From positions 1-64,000 of the forward strand of contig JBBQSO010000023.1 of NCBI GenBank assembly GCA_038213805.1: a stretch of DNA of 64,000 nucleotides, in the 5' to 3' direction. Source of the stretch: Planctomycetota bacterium. Lineage in GTDB: Bacteria; Planctomycetota; UBA11346. A model generated the notes under the pieces. It was given only the letters and a program-made list of their open reading frames with translations, did no database searches and was not told the origin of the DNA. The translations under genes and the position numbers were made by a program. Positions 51,381-60,716 of this stretch are shown here, in pieces; positions within the stretch are counted from its first letter, which is position 1, and each line of letters opens with the position of its first letter.

Positions 51381-52850
51381 TCAGGCCAGCAGCGCCTTGA
51401 TCACGCTCGCCTTCTCGACCCCGGTGAGCTTGAAATCGAGCCCCTGGTAGCGGTAGGTCAGGCGCTCGTGGTCAAAGCCGAGCAGGTGCAGCATAGTGGC
51501 GTGGTAGTCGCGGATCAGGACCGGGTCCTTGACGATGTTGTAGCTGAAATCGTCGGTCTCGCCGTGGATGACGCCCGGCTTGGCGCCACCGCCCGCCATC
51601 CACATGCTGAAGCAGCGCGGATGATGGTCGCGGCCGTAATTGTCCTTCGACAGACCGCCCTGTGAATAGACGGTGCGGCCGAATTCACCGCCCCACACGA
51701 TCAGGGTGCTGTCGAGCAGACCGCGGCTGCGCAGGTCGTCGAGCAGGCCGGCACAGGCCTGGTCAACGTCCTTGCACTGGCTGGGCAGACGCCCACCCAC
51801 ATTGCTGTGGTGATCCCAGTTGTTGAGGTAGACCTGCACGAAGCGCACGCCGCGCTCGACCAGGCGCCGCGCCATCAGCGCGGAGTTGGCAAAGGTGCCG
51901 GGCTTCTTCGCTTCTTCACCGTAGAGCTGCCAGGTGCTGGCCGGCTCCTTGCCGAGGTCGGTCAACTCGGGGACCGAAGACTGCATGCGGTAGGCCATTT
52001 CGTACTGTCCGGAACGCGTGCGCGTCTCGGGGTCGCCGGTCTGTCGGTAGCTGATGTCGTTCAGCCTGCCGATCCCGTCGAGAGTCGTGCGGCGCACTTC
52101 CGGTGCAACGCCGGGCGGATTGTTGATGAACAGGATGGGATCTCCGGCGCTGCGGAAGGACACGCCCGCATGTTCCCCGGGCAGGTACCCCGACGACCAC
52201 AGGCGGCCGGAAATCGCTTGTTCCTGCTCGCGGTTGCTTGGCGTTGCGACCAGCACCACGAAGGGCGGCAGGTTCTGGTTCATGGTGCCGAGCGCGTACG
52301 AAACCCACGAGCCGATGCACGGTCGGCCGGTGATCTGGCTGCCGGTCTGCATCGCGCAGATCGCCGGCTCGTGGTTGATCGCCTCGGTGTTCATCGAGCG
52401 GATCCAGCAGATCTCGTCGGCCTTCTTACCGAGGTTGGGCAGCAAGTCGCTCAACCACATGCCGCACTTGCCCTGCTGGTGGAACGCGAACTTGCTCGGC
52501 GCGATCGGGAAGCGCGTCTGACCCGAGGTCATGGTGGTCAGGCGCTGGCCGTTGCGGATCGACTCGGGCAGGTCCTTGTCGTACATCTTGACCAGGTCGG
52601 GCTTGTAATCGAAGAGGTCGAGCTGCGAGGGCCCGCCGACCATGTGCAGGTAGATCACCTGCTTGGCCTTGCCCGGGAAGTGCGGTCCCGGCTTGCGCGC
52701 GGCCGGCTCGTCCGCGGACAGCAGTCCGCCGCCGCCGAGCAGCGAGGCGAGCGCGGCGTAGCCGACAACGCTGCCGCCGCGGGCGAGGAACTGGCGGCGG
52801 GTCTGGCCATCCCGCAAGGCGGCGTTGAGGGCTTGGTTGTCGGTGTTCAT
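51381..52850 (-). CDS. DUF1501 Tat-signal protein
   Basis: TRRQFL, GGPSQLDLFDYKP, ARRLVERGVRFVQ, WDHH, GGEFGRT and GRDHHP. Confidence 0.93.
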   Translation of the reverse strand: MNTDNQALNAALRDGQTRRQFLARGGSVVGYAALASLLGGGGLLSADEPAARKPGPHFPGKAKQVIYLHMVGGPSQLDLFDYKPDLVKMYDKDLPESIRNGQRLTTMTSGQTRFPIAPSKFAFHQQGKCGMWLSDLLPNLGKKADEICWIRSMNTEAINHEPAICAMQTGSQITGRPCIGSWVSYALGTMNQNLPPFVVLVATPSNREQEQAISGRLWSSGYLPGEHAGVSFRSAGDPILFINNPPGVAPEVRRTTLDGIGRLNDISYRQTGDPETRTRSGQYEMAYRMQSSVPELTDLGKEPASTWQLYGEEAKKPGTFANSALMARRLVERGVRFVQVYLNNWDHHSNVGGRLPSQCKDVDQACAGLLDDLRSRGLLDSTLIVWGGEFGRTVYSQGGLSKDNYGRDHHPRCFSMWMAGGGAKPGVIHGETDDFSYNIVKDPVLIRDYHATMLHLLGFDHERLTYRYQGLDFKLTGVEKASVIKALLA

Positions 52851-55800
52851 TTGTTCAGGACCTCGTCGAGGTTGAGCAGCTGGTTGCAGAGCATGGTCCA
52901 GGCGGCGAGTTCGGACGGCGCCAGGGCCGCATCGGCCTTGGTCTCACCAACCGCGATCAGCGCCTTGGCGTCGTCGGGCTTTCCCTGGTACCACGTGCGC
53001 AGCTCGCGCAGCGAGTCGCCGACGATCTTCGCCTCGGGCGCGGTCAACGGGCGCGCGAGCACGCGCCGGCTGACCACGTCGAGGCGTGCGACATCGTCGC
53101 CAGGGGCGGCCAGGGCCTTCTGGGCGAGCAGGCGCGCGGCTTCGATGAACTGCGGATCATTCATCGTCACCAGCGCCTGCATCGGCGTGTCGGTGCGCTC
53201 GCGACGCAGGCACGACGTCTCGCGCGCCGGGGCATTGAGGATCTCGAGCGCGGCCGGCGGCGCCATGCGCTTCCAGAAGTCGTAAATGCTGCGCCGGTAC
53301 AGCGCGTCGCCGTGGTCCTGGACGTACTCGTGGGTATTGCCCTCGCGCATCCCGACCTTGTCCCATACCCCACCCGGCTGGTAGGGCTTGACGCCCGGTC
53401 CGCCCATGGTTGACGACAGCGCGCCGGCCGCAGCCAGCGCGTAGTCGCGGATCATCTCCGCGTCCATGCGGAAGCGCGGGCCGTGCGCGAGCAGGCGGTT
53501 GGACGGGTCCTTCTCGAGTTTCGCAGGCGTGGTCGCCGCCGCTTGGCGGTAGGTCGCCGACGTGACGATCAGGCGCACCAGCTTCTTCATGTCCCAGCCG
53601 CCGTCACGGAACTCGACGGCCAGCCAGTCAAGCAGCTCCGGGTGCGAGGGCGCCTCGCCCATGATGCCGAAATCCTCGACGGTCTTGACGATGCCTGTGC
53701 CGAAATACTCCTGCCACATACGGTTGACGGTGACGCGCGCGACCAGCGGGTTGTCCTTGGCCACCAGCCACTGGGCGAGGCCGAGGCGGTTGTGCGGCGC
53801 CCCGGGCGGCAGCGGGTTGAGGAACCCGAAGACCGTGGCGTCGACCTTGTCCTTGGGCTGGTCGTACTGGCCGCGGAAGAGGATGAAGGCCTCCGGCATG
53901 CCGTCCTTCTTCTCTTCCTGCACGTGCGTCACCGGCACGTGCTCGAGCAGGCCCTTCTTCTCCTGTTCGAGGGCGGCCTTCGCGGTCTGCTCCTTGGCAA
54001 GCTGCTCGTCGCCAGCGCTCCACAGTGCGAAGACCTCGTCCCTGGCCTTCGCCTCGCGCTTGTCCTGCGGGATGGCGAGCAGGGCGAGCACACGCGGGGT
54101 CGCGGCCAGGCGCGCGATGAGGTCGGCGGGGATGCGCTCCGTGTAGATGCGCAGGTCCTGCACCGAGACGCCGTTGACGACGTCGACGTTCTTGCGGCGC
54201 GCGATCTTGAAGGGTGCGCTGGTGCGGGTGGTGGTCTTGAGGGTGTTGGCCTCGGCGTCGGTTTCCTGCGCCTGGCCATCGACGTAGATGCGCAGCCCTT
54301 CGGCCTTGCCCGAGCCGTCGTAGGTGACGAAGACGTGCTGCCACTCGCCGCGCTTGACGGTGTCCTTGCGCGTGCGCACCTTGAGCGCGTCGTCGCTCCA
54401 GTGGTGGATGAGGTGGGCGGCGAAACGGTTGCCCTCGAGCCACACGTCCCAGCCGCGGTAGCCGTCGGCGTCGTCCATGCGCGAGAACAGCGCACCGCCG
54501 CCCTCCTTGGGGGTCTTGACCCAGCACCCATACGAGAAGGACTGGTCCTTCTCGAAGTCGCCGATGGTGGAGTCATCGAAGCTCGCCGCGGTGTTGGTGG
54601 TGAAGCGCGGCGCCATGCCGAACTTGCCGCCCTCTTCCCAGCTCACCGGCTCGCCCGTCTGCGCGCGCAGCGCCTTGCCGGAGTAGTCGCCGATCAGCGC
54701 CATGTCCGCGGGCACCGCGTCGAAGGGCAGGTGCAGCGCCGGTTTGACACCCTTGGCCAGGTCCTGATTCCAATCGGCGGGGGTCGCGGTCTTCAGCCAG
54801 GTCTCGAACTCGCCGCGCAGCGCCTTGGTGCGCTCGTCCTTGCGCCTGCCGCTCTCGCCAAGACCGCTGGCGATGGCCGCCAGGCGCTCATCGTCCGCCG
54901 CGCTGGTCAGACGCACGATCGGGCCACTGTCCTTGACGTTGCCGTCGAGTCCGCCCTGGGTGGTGTGGCGGTAGTAGGCGCTCATCGCGTAGAAATCGTG
55001 CTGCGTGATGGGGTCGAACTTGTGATCGTGGCAGACCGCGCAGTTGGCGGTCAAGCCCAGGAACACCCACGAGGTGGTCTCGACGCGGTCGCGCGCGTAG
55101 TTGACCAGGTTCTCGGCCTCGATGGTGCCGCCCTCGTTGGTGGTGATGTTGCAGCGCTGGAAACCGGTGGCGATGCGCTGCGCGCGGGTCGGCTCAGGCA
55201 GCAGGTCGCCGGCGAGCTGGTCGATGGCGAACTGGTCGAAGGGCTCGTTGCGGTTGAAGGCGTCGATCACCCAGTCACGGTAGGGCCAGATCTCGCGGTA
55301 GTTGTCGAAGTGCATGCCGTGGGTGTCGGCATAGCGCGCGGCGTCGAGCCAGTAGCGCGCGCGGTGCTCGCCGTAGCGCGGCGACGCCATCAACCGGTCG
55401 ACCAGCTTGTCGTAGGCGTCCGCCGCCTGGTCGGTGGCGAAGGCATCGACGGTCGCGGGTTCGGGCGGCAGGCCGGTGAGGTCCAGAGCGAGGCGACGCG
55501 CCAGGGTGCGGCGATCGGCCTCGGGCGCGGGCGCCACGCCGGCGGCCTCGAGGCGCGCGAGCACGAAGCTGTCGATGGGATTGCGCACCCAGCCCTTGGC
55601 GGCGACCGTCGGCAGCGCCGGGCGCTCAGGCGGGATGAATGCCCAGTGCGCCTCCCAGGGCGCGCCCTGGGCGATCCAACGGCGCAGCAGCTCCTTCTGC
55701 TCCGGCTTGAGTACCTTGTGCTCCGCGGGCGGCGGCATGACCTCGTCCGGGTCCTTGGAGGTGATGTGCTGATAGAAGGGGCTCTCGTCGGGCTTGCCCT

Positions 55801-56032
55801 TCACCACCGTCGGCGAGTCCTTGCCATCCTTGCCGCGCGCCGCGAAAAAGCCGTCCTCGCGGTCAAAGCGCAGCTTGGCCTTGCGGCTGCCGGGATCGGG
55901 CCCGTGGCAATGGAAGCAGTTCTCAGCGATGAGGGGCCGGATGTCCCGGTTGAAGCGGATCGGGGCATCCGCCGCCGCCAGGGCGCCAGTCGTTCCGGCA
56001 AGGATGCAGAGCAATGCAGCAGCTGGGGTCAT
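52847..56032 (-). CDS. DUF1549/DUF1553 protein with planctomycete-type cytochrome c and LamG-like domains
   Basis: FNRDIRP..CFHCHG, NPIDSF, DLTGLPP, WLDAARYADT, CAVCHDHK, WQHVFVTYDG, HPELLDWLA and TPMQAL. Confidence 0.93.
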   Translation of the reverse strand: MTPAAALLCILAGTTGALAAADAPIRFNRDIRPLIAENCFHCHGPDPGSRKAKLRFDREDGFFAARGKDGKDSPTVVKGKPDESPFYQHITSKDPDEVMPPPAEHKVLKPEQKELLRRWIAQGAPWEAHWAFIPPERPALPTVAAKGWVRNPIDSFVLARLEAAGVAPAPEADRRTLARRLALDLTGLPPEPATVDAFATDQAADAYDKLVDRLMASPRYGEHRARYWLDAARYADTHGMHFDNYREIWPYRDWVIDAFNRNEPFDQFAIDQLAGDLLPEPTRAQRIATGFQRCNITTNEGGTIEAENLVNYARDRVETTSWVFLGLTANCAVCHDHKFDPITQHDFYAMSAYYRHTTQGGLDGNVKDSGPIVRLTSAADDERLAAIASGLGESGRRKDERTKALRGEFETWLKTATPADWNQDLAKGVKPALHLPFDAVPADMALIGDYSGKALRAQTGEPVSWEEGGKFGMAPRFTTNTAASFDDSTIGDFEKDQSFSYGCWVKTPKEGGGALFSRMDDADGYRGWDVWLEGNRFAAHLIHHWSDDALKVRTRKDTVKRGEWQHVFVTYDGSGKAEGLRIYVDGQAQETDAEANTLKTTTRTSAPFKIARRKNVDVVNGVSVQDLRIYTERIPADLIARLAATPRVLALLAIPQDKREAKARDEVFALWSAGDEQLAKEQTAKAALEQEKKGLLEHVPVTHVQEEKKDGMPEAFILFRGQYDQPKDKVDATVFGFLNPLPPGAPHNRLGLAQWLVAKDNPLVARVTVNRMWQEYFGTGIVKTVEDFGIMGEAPSHPELLDWLAVEFRDGGWDMKKLVRLIVTSATYRQAAATTPAKLEKDPSNRLLAHGPRFRMDAEMIRDYALAAAGALSSTMGGPGVKPYQPGGVWDKVGMREGNTHEYVQDHGDALYRRSIYDFWKRMAPPAALEILNAPARETSCLRRERTDTPMQALVTMNDPQFIEAARLLAQKALAAPGDDVARLDVVSRRVLARPLTAPEAKIVGDSLRELRTWYQGKPDDAKALIAVGETKADAALAPSELAAWTMLCNQLLNLDEVLNK

Positions 56033-56540
56033 GGGCACGAATCCTCGCTCAATGGGTACATGCAAAGTGGCGTCTGCGTTGATCGGAACTCGGCTGGGCG
56101 CTGATCGGAAAGACTGTTCTAATATTATGATGCGTGGTGGTTTGCGCCAATCGGTCGCAGCTCGTTGGAGTTCCTTCACCGCGCCTCCACCGCGGTGGCA
56201 TGAGCGTCGACTCACCGTTGAGTGGAACCAGAATATCCCACACCCATCCAGATGTGCGCTGAGGGACACACCTTTCACTCGACATGACCGCGAAGCGTGT
56301 TTCTGCGCCCGGACAGCCTGGCGTGCGGACCCTCAGGAAACGTCCGCAAATCGGCAGTCCGGGACGGACCATGCCGGTGGTAACGGAGAGTCGCATGGCG
56401 ACTTCCGCTGCAACCCTGGGCTTACCCAAAACTACGCGTCAATTGATCGATAGCCTGCAAGTCGCCCAGCCAATTTGGCTTTTGGAGCGCAGATCGTGCT
56501 CCCCTGACCCGCGCGGCCACGACCCGACCCCAGCGCTCGC

Positions 56541-57140
56541 TCAGACCCGCACCTTGAGCCGTTCGGCGCTGACGATGGTGGCCAGCTCCTGGACGGCGCG
56601 ACCGAGATCTTCGTTGATGATCAGGTAATCGTACCGGTCCCAGAGGCCGAGTTCGCGCTCGGCCTCGACCAGGCGCCGGCGGATGGCGTCCGGGCTGTCG
56701 GTGCCGCGGCTGCGCAGTCGGCGCTCGATCTCGGCGCGGCTGGGTGGGACCACGAAGACGTGCACCGCACTGGGAAAGGTGCCGCGGATGGTCAGCGCGC
56801 CCTGGACGTCGACGTCCTTGATGACGCTGCGCCCGCTGGCCAGCGAGGTCTCGATGAAGGCGCGCGGCGTGCCGTAGTGATGGCGACCGAACACCTGGGC
56901 ATGCTCAAGCAGATCGTTCTCTTCGACGCGGCGGGAGAACTCGCTTTCACTGACGAAAAAGTAGTCGACCCCGTCCTTTTCAGCGCCGCGCGGGCTGCGC
57001 GTGGTGACGCTCAGGCAGCGTACGAAATCGGCATGCTCTGACGCGAAACGGTCCATCAACGTGCTTTTGCCGGCGCCGCTTGGCCCGGAAAGCACGATGA
57101 AGAGGGCCTGTGGTCCGTGGGACGGGAAGCGCGTCAACAT
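56541..57140 (-). CDS. gmk: Guanylate kinase
   Basis: SGPSGAGKS, TTRSPR.E.DGVDYFF, YGTP, DVQGA and YDY.IIN. Confidence 0.96.
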   Translation of the reverse strand: MLTRFPSHGPQALFIVLSGPSGAGKSTLMDRFASEHADFVRCLSVTTRSPRGAEKDGVDYFFVSESEFSRRVEENDLLEHAQVFGRHHYGTPRAFIETSLASGRSVIKDVDVQGALTIRGTFPSAVHVFVVPPSRAEIERRLRSRGTDSPDAIRRRLVEAERELGLWDRYDYLIINEDLGRAVQELATIVSAERLKVRV

Positions 57141-57191
57141 CGTCGCACCCTAGCGTCCCGGAAAATCGCCCGCAATGGGGGGGACGGATGG

Positions 57192-57356
57192 GTGCGGAGT
57201 GGGGAGTGGGGAGTGCGAAGTGCGAAGTGCGAAGTGCGGAGTGCGTACTGGTCCCTTGGCCTCGCTCGGAGACCGACGAGGCGCCGTTGCCCAGTTGAGA
57301 TCAATGATGACGCAGGATTCCCCGCGCACCGCACGCCGCACACCGCACCCCGCACC
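57192..57356. repeat. Inverted heptamer-array element (GTGCGRA/GTGGGGA)x7 ... (CGCACNC)n
   Basis: Left arm at 57192-57245 and a degenerate complementary arm at 57325-57356, in a divergent intergenic region. Confidence 0.8.
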
Positions 57357-57436
57357 TTCCCCCAGGGTGATACGCCCCCCACCGGTCCGCGAGCCCTGCC
57401 CTTTCGCGAGGCCCACCCCGCGCGACGGTGGAGACC

Positions 57437-57904
57437 ATGGAAGCCTTCCGGCAAGCTGCGTTCTACGCTATCGTCGTGGCGCTCGTCTATGGGGTGCTGA
57501 AGCTCGTCCAGTACCTGGACATAGTCCACGTGCCGGAGAACTACGGCGACATCAACGGGCTGGAACCTTATTCCTCATATCGCATCGACGGCGGCCTGCC
57601 CTTCACCCAGTTGCGCGCAGGCGATGCGATCTGCTACCGACTTGGTCCCGAGACCGAGCGCGCTGTCCAGTTCGGCTGGATTGCAGCGCTTCCCGGGGAC
57701 GACATCGCGGTCAGCGACGGCACCTTGCAGGTCAATGGCACGCCCAGCCCGCACAGTGGCAAGCTGCCCATCCCTGACTGCGCCGCCCTGCGCATCCCCG
57801 CCCAACACCTCTACGTGCTCAGCGACGGGCACCAGGCCGACAGCGTGGCCCACGGCCTGATCCCCGCCATCGCCGTGCGTGGGCGCCTGGCCAGGCTGCC
57901 ATGA
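57437..57904 (+). CDS. Degenerate signal peptidase I (S26)-like membrane protein
   Basis: N-terminal TM, RAGDAICY, IAALPGDDI...G.L.VNG, IPAQHLYVL.D and DS..HGLIP...VRGR. Catalytic boxes not evident. Confidence 0.7.
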   Translation: MEAFRQAAFYAIVVALVYGVLKLVQYLDIVHVPENYGDINGLEPYSSYRIDGGLPFTQLRAGDAICYRLGPETERAVQFGWIAALPGDDIAVSDGTLQVNGTPSPHSGKLPIPDCAALRIPAQHLYVLSDGHQADSVAHGLIPAIAVRGRLARLP

Positions 57905-59181
57905 GGATCCTCATCGAACGCCTTGGTCTGCGCACCACCGGCATCATCTTGATGGTGGTGGCGGCGGCCCTGCTGGTCATCGCCTTGCTGGTCGCCTGGA
58001 ACGCCGTGGCGCGCTGGCAAGCGATCGCAGCCCTGTCGGGCGCACAGCTGGCACGTCTCGGCGGGGACGAGCAGTCCGCGCGACGCGACCTGCGCGAAGC
58101 GGGCGATGACCTGCCGACGCTGCCGACGACGGTCCTGCCGGGCGTCGATCTGGGCGACGAATCCGCCGCCGGGCGGCTCGAATCCTTGCGCGCACGGGTA
58201 CCGGCACGCGATCGTCACGACGTCGACACGGTGCTCGCCCTGCACCGCGCCCTGCGCGGCCAGGATGCGGGTGTCGAGGTCGCCGGCAGCGATGCCACCC
58301 TGCTTACCGCCATCCGTCTGACGGCCAAAGCGGACGCCGCGCCTGCCAAGCTGACCTACGATGCCGATCTGCCGCCGCACGTCGCCATCCTGCAGGCCGC
58401 TCTGCAACGCCAGTTCCGCGCCGCATGGGTGGCGGGCGATGGTGAGGCCATCCGGCGCAGCGCCGGGCCACTGCTGCTGATGGCGCCGACCGCGCCAGAC
58501 GCCCCGCGCCTGCGGCTGATCCTGACCGCACTGAGTCCAACCGTGGATGCGAGCGTCCTCCACGCCGCCGGCGGGGCGATCGGCAACCTCGATGAACGTC
58601 TCGCCCTGATCCGCGCGCTGCTGCGCCTCGCCCCGGTGAAGACCCACGACCAACTGATCAGCCTCATCCCTCCCGAGCGTCAGTTGCCCGAGGAGCAGGA
58701 GGCCGCCCTGCTCGGCACCAGCACCCCGCTCGATCAGCAGGTTCAGAAAGTCATGGCCTCGCCCACGCCGGCCGCGCTGCGCGCGCTGCTCGACCGCGCC
58801 CTGCAGGCGGGACGCACCGACCTGGCGAAGCAGGTCCTCGCCAAACTGCCCGCCGACGCGCAACAACCCGTGCTGGTGCAGCTCGCCACTGCCGATGGCG
58901 ACCTCGACACCCTGATCCACCTCCTCGGCGAGCAGCCCGAGCTGCAACTGCGCATCTCGCCGGTGGTGGTGGCGGGCGGCCATGCCGCCTTCCACGTCGC
59001 CACCGCCAGCGGGCTTGTGCCGCGCACCGGCATCCAGATCCGCCTCGCCGGCAAAGATGTCGATCCCGCGCGCCTCCAGCGCCTCGCCAGCCTGGTGGTC
59101 GTGGACCTCGGCGCGACCACGGGCGCTCTTGAGGTGCGCTACGGTCAAAAGGTCGTCGCCAGCGCCCAGGTGACGCCATGA
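57901..59181 (+). CDS. Hypothetical membrane-anchored helical protein
   Basis: N-terminal TM and Ala/Leu-rich helical repeats. ATGA overlaps on both sides. Confidence 0.7.
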   Translation: MRILIERLGLRTTGIILMVVAAALLVIALLVAWNAVARWQAIAALSGAQLARLGGDEQSARRDLREAGDDLPTLPTTVLPGVDLGDESAAGRLESLRARVPARDRHDVDTVLALHRALRGQDAGVEVAGSDATLLTAIRLTAKADAAPAKLTYDADLPPHVAILQAALQRQFRAAWVAGDGEAIRRSAGPLLLMAPTAPDAPRLRLILTALSPTVDASVLHAAGGAIGNLDERLALIRALLRLAPVKTHDQLISLIPPERQLPEEQEAALLGTSTPLDQQVQKVMASPTPAALRALLDRALQAGRTDLAKQVLAKLPADAQQPVLVQLATADGDLDTLIHLLGEQPELQLRISPVVVAGGHAAFHVATASGLVPRTGIQIRLAGKDVDPARLQRLASLVVVDLGATTGALEVRYGQKVVASAQVTP

Positions 59182-60311
59182 TCCCCTGCCAGAAATGCGG
59201 CCACATCAATCCCCTGGGCACGTCGTTCTGCCGCGGCTGCGGCACGCGCCTGGAATTCGACTACGAAGCCGTCGCCGCGTCGGTGGCCGGCACCAAGCGC
59301 GATCACCAGGACGAGCACGTCTTCACCTGGGGCCGCAGCGCATTGACGCTCTGCGGATTCGCGCTGATTTGCGCGCTGATCGTACGCTATGTCATGGTCC
59401 CACCCATGCCGCTGCTGGAATTTCCGCTCGCGCCCCCCATCGCGCTCTTCCCCAAGGATGTGCCCGCGTGGACGGGCGCCACGCTGGCCAGCGGCGCGGC
59501 AGCCACACCGGCGGCCTCCACCGCACCCGCGGGCGGCGCGCCCAGCGGCCCGATCACCGCCTGGCGGCAGGCCGCCGCCGCGCGCACGCTCACCGCATTG
59601 GGCATCTCCACCCTCAAGCTCAACTCCTGGATCGCCCAACTGGTCACGGCGCAGCATGCCGACGGCGGATTTCCCGGCGATGACGACCTCGCCGCGACCG
59701 CGCTCGCCGTGCTTGCACTCGACGCCTATCCAGCCGCACCGGCGACGCGCGCGGCCGCGGCCAAAGGACTGGCCTGGTTGCAGGTGCACGCCGCCGGCCT
59801 GGGCAGCCGCTCCCCCCTCGCGCGCACGCTGATGGCACTGGCGCTGGCTGAGGCCGATCGCTTCGAGCCCACCCTACGCAGCGCCCTTGAGCCCTTCCTC
59901 ATCGATGGCAGGGAGCCGGCATGGCAGGCCCTGCTGCTGAGCGCCCTGCCCGCCGCCGACCGTTCGGCCCAGCAGGGTGCGGTGCGCGGAGCGCTGAAGA
60001 CGCCGATCTGGAATGCCTACTTCATCCTGCTCGATGGCGGCACCCCGACTCCCGATGCCGCGCTCTTCGGGCTCGAAGGCGCCAAGGCCCTGCGCAGCGG
60101 CGAAGATCGCCTGGTGTGGGCCGGCACCGCCTGGGCGAACCCGGTCGCGCCACTCGACCTGATCGCGGCACTGCGCACCTGGGCGCTGATCGATCCGCTG
60201 CCGGTGTCCGCTGGACTCAGCAAGGCGGCCGGCGCCAACGCCCAGGTGGCGGTGGCGATCCTGGGCGTCACCGCACCGGTGCGGCTGCCGCCCTTGTGGC
60301 TGGTGCGCTGA
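59178..60311 (+). CDS. Zinc-ribbon membrane protein with prenyltransferase/squalene-cyclase-like repeats
   Basis: CQKCG.IN.....FCRGCG, a TM, then LVTAQHADGGF, ATALAVLAL and KGLAWL. Confidence 0.7.
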   Translation: MIPCQKCGHINPLGTSFCRGCGTRLEFDYEAVAASVAGTKRDHQDEHVFTWGRSALTLCGFALICALIVRYVMVPPMPLLEFPLAPPIALFPKDVPAWTGATLASGAAATPAASTAPAGGAPSGPITAWRQAAAARTLTALGISTLKLNSWIAQLVTAQHADGGFPGDDDLAATALAVLALDAYPAAPATRAAAAKGLAWLQVHAAGLGSRSPLARTLMALALAEADRFEPTLRSALEPFLIDGREPAWQALLLSALPAADRSAQQGAVRGALKTPIWNAYFILLDGGTPTPDAALFGLEGAKALRSGEDRLVWAGTAWANPVAPLDLIAALRTWALIDPLPVSAGLSKAAGANAQVAVAILGVTAPVRLPPLWLVR

Positions 60312-60392
60312 CCGCCTACCCCTCCGCGGCCGCCGAGTGGTGCGCCCTTCCATGCTTGGCCGCTGGCCAGCGCCGGGCATGCTGCCGCAGCC

Positions 60393-60716
60393 GTGCCCGA
60401 TACTGTCACCATCACCGCTCCCAAAACCGTCACCCGCAGCGAGGTCGCGCCCGACCGCGGCTGGAAGGCGGTGCTGTTCAACGACGAGGTCACGCCCCTC
60501 AATGTGGTGATCTTCGGCCTGCAACGCTCCGCCGGCCTGAGCGAGGAAATCGCCGAAGCCGTCGCATTGGAGGCCCACCAGCACGAGCAGGCGGTGGTGA
60601 AGCGCGGCCTGAGCGAGGAGGACGCCAAGATCCTCTGCGGCGGTCTGCGCAAATGGACGCGTATCGATGGCATCTGTCCAGGCGTGACGTGCGAGGCGCA
60701 GCAGGATGACGAATAG
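60393..60716 (+). CDS. clpS: ATP-dependent Clp protease adaptor
   Basis: AVLFNDEVTP..VV and A.EAH...AVV. 107 aa. Confidence 0.8.
   Translation: MPDTVTITAPKTVTRSEVAPDRGWKAVLFNDEVTPLNVVIFGLQRSAGLSEEIAEAVALEAHQHEQAVVKRGLSEEDAKILCGGLRKWTRIDGICPGVTCEAQQDDE

Noticed and set aside
53483..56104. 873-aa plus-strand ORF, and similar long antisense ORFs such as 48587-50518 and 20867-22879
   Set aside because: These are shadow ORFs opposite well-supported genes in high-GC DNA and have no recognisable motifs.
56033..56540. RNase P, tmRNA or other structured RNA in a 500 bp spacer
   Set aside because: Only a superficial CAGGAAACGTCC similarity to the RNase P GAGGAAAGTCC motif. No supporting helices or tRNA-like ends are seen. 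An Infernal scan would be needed.
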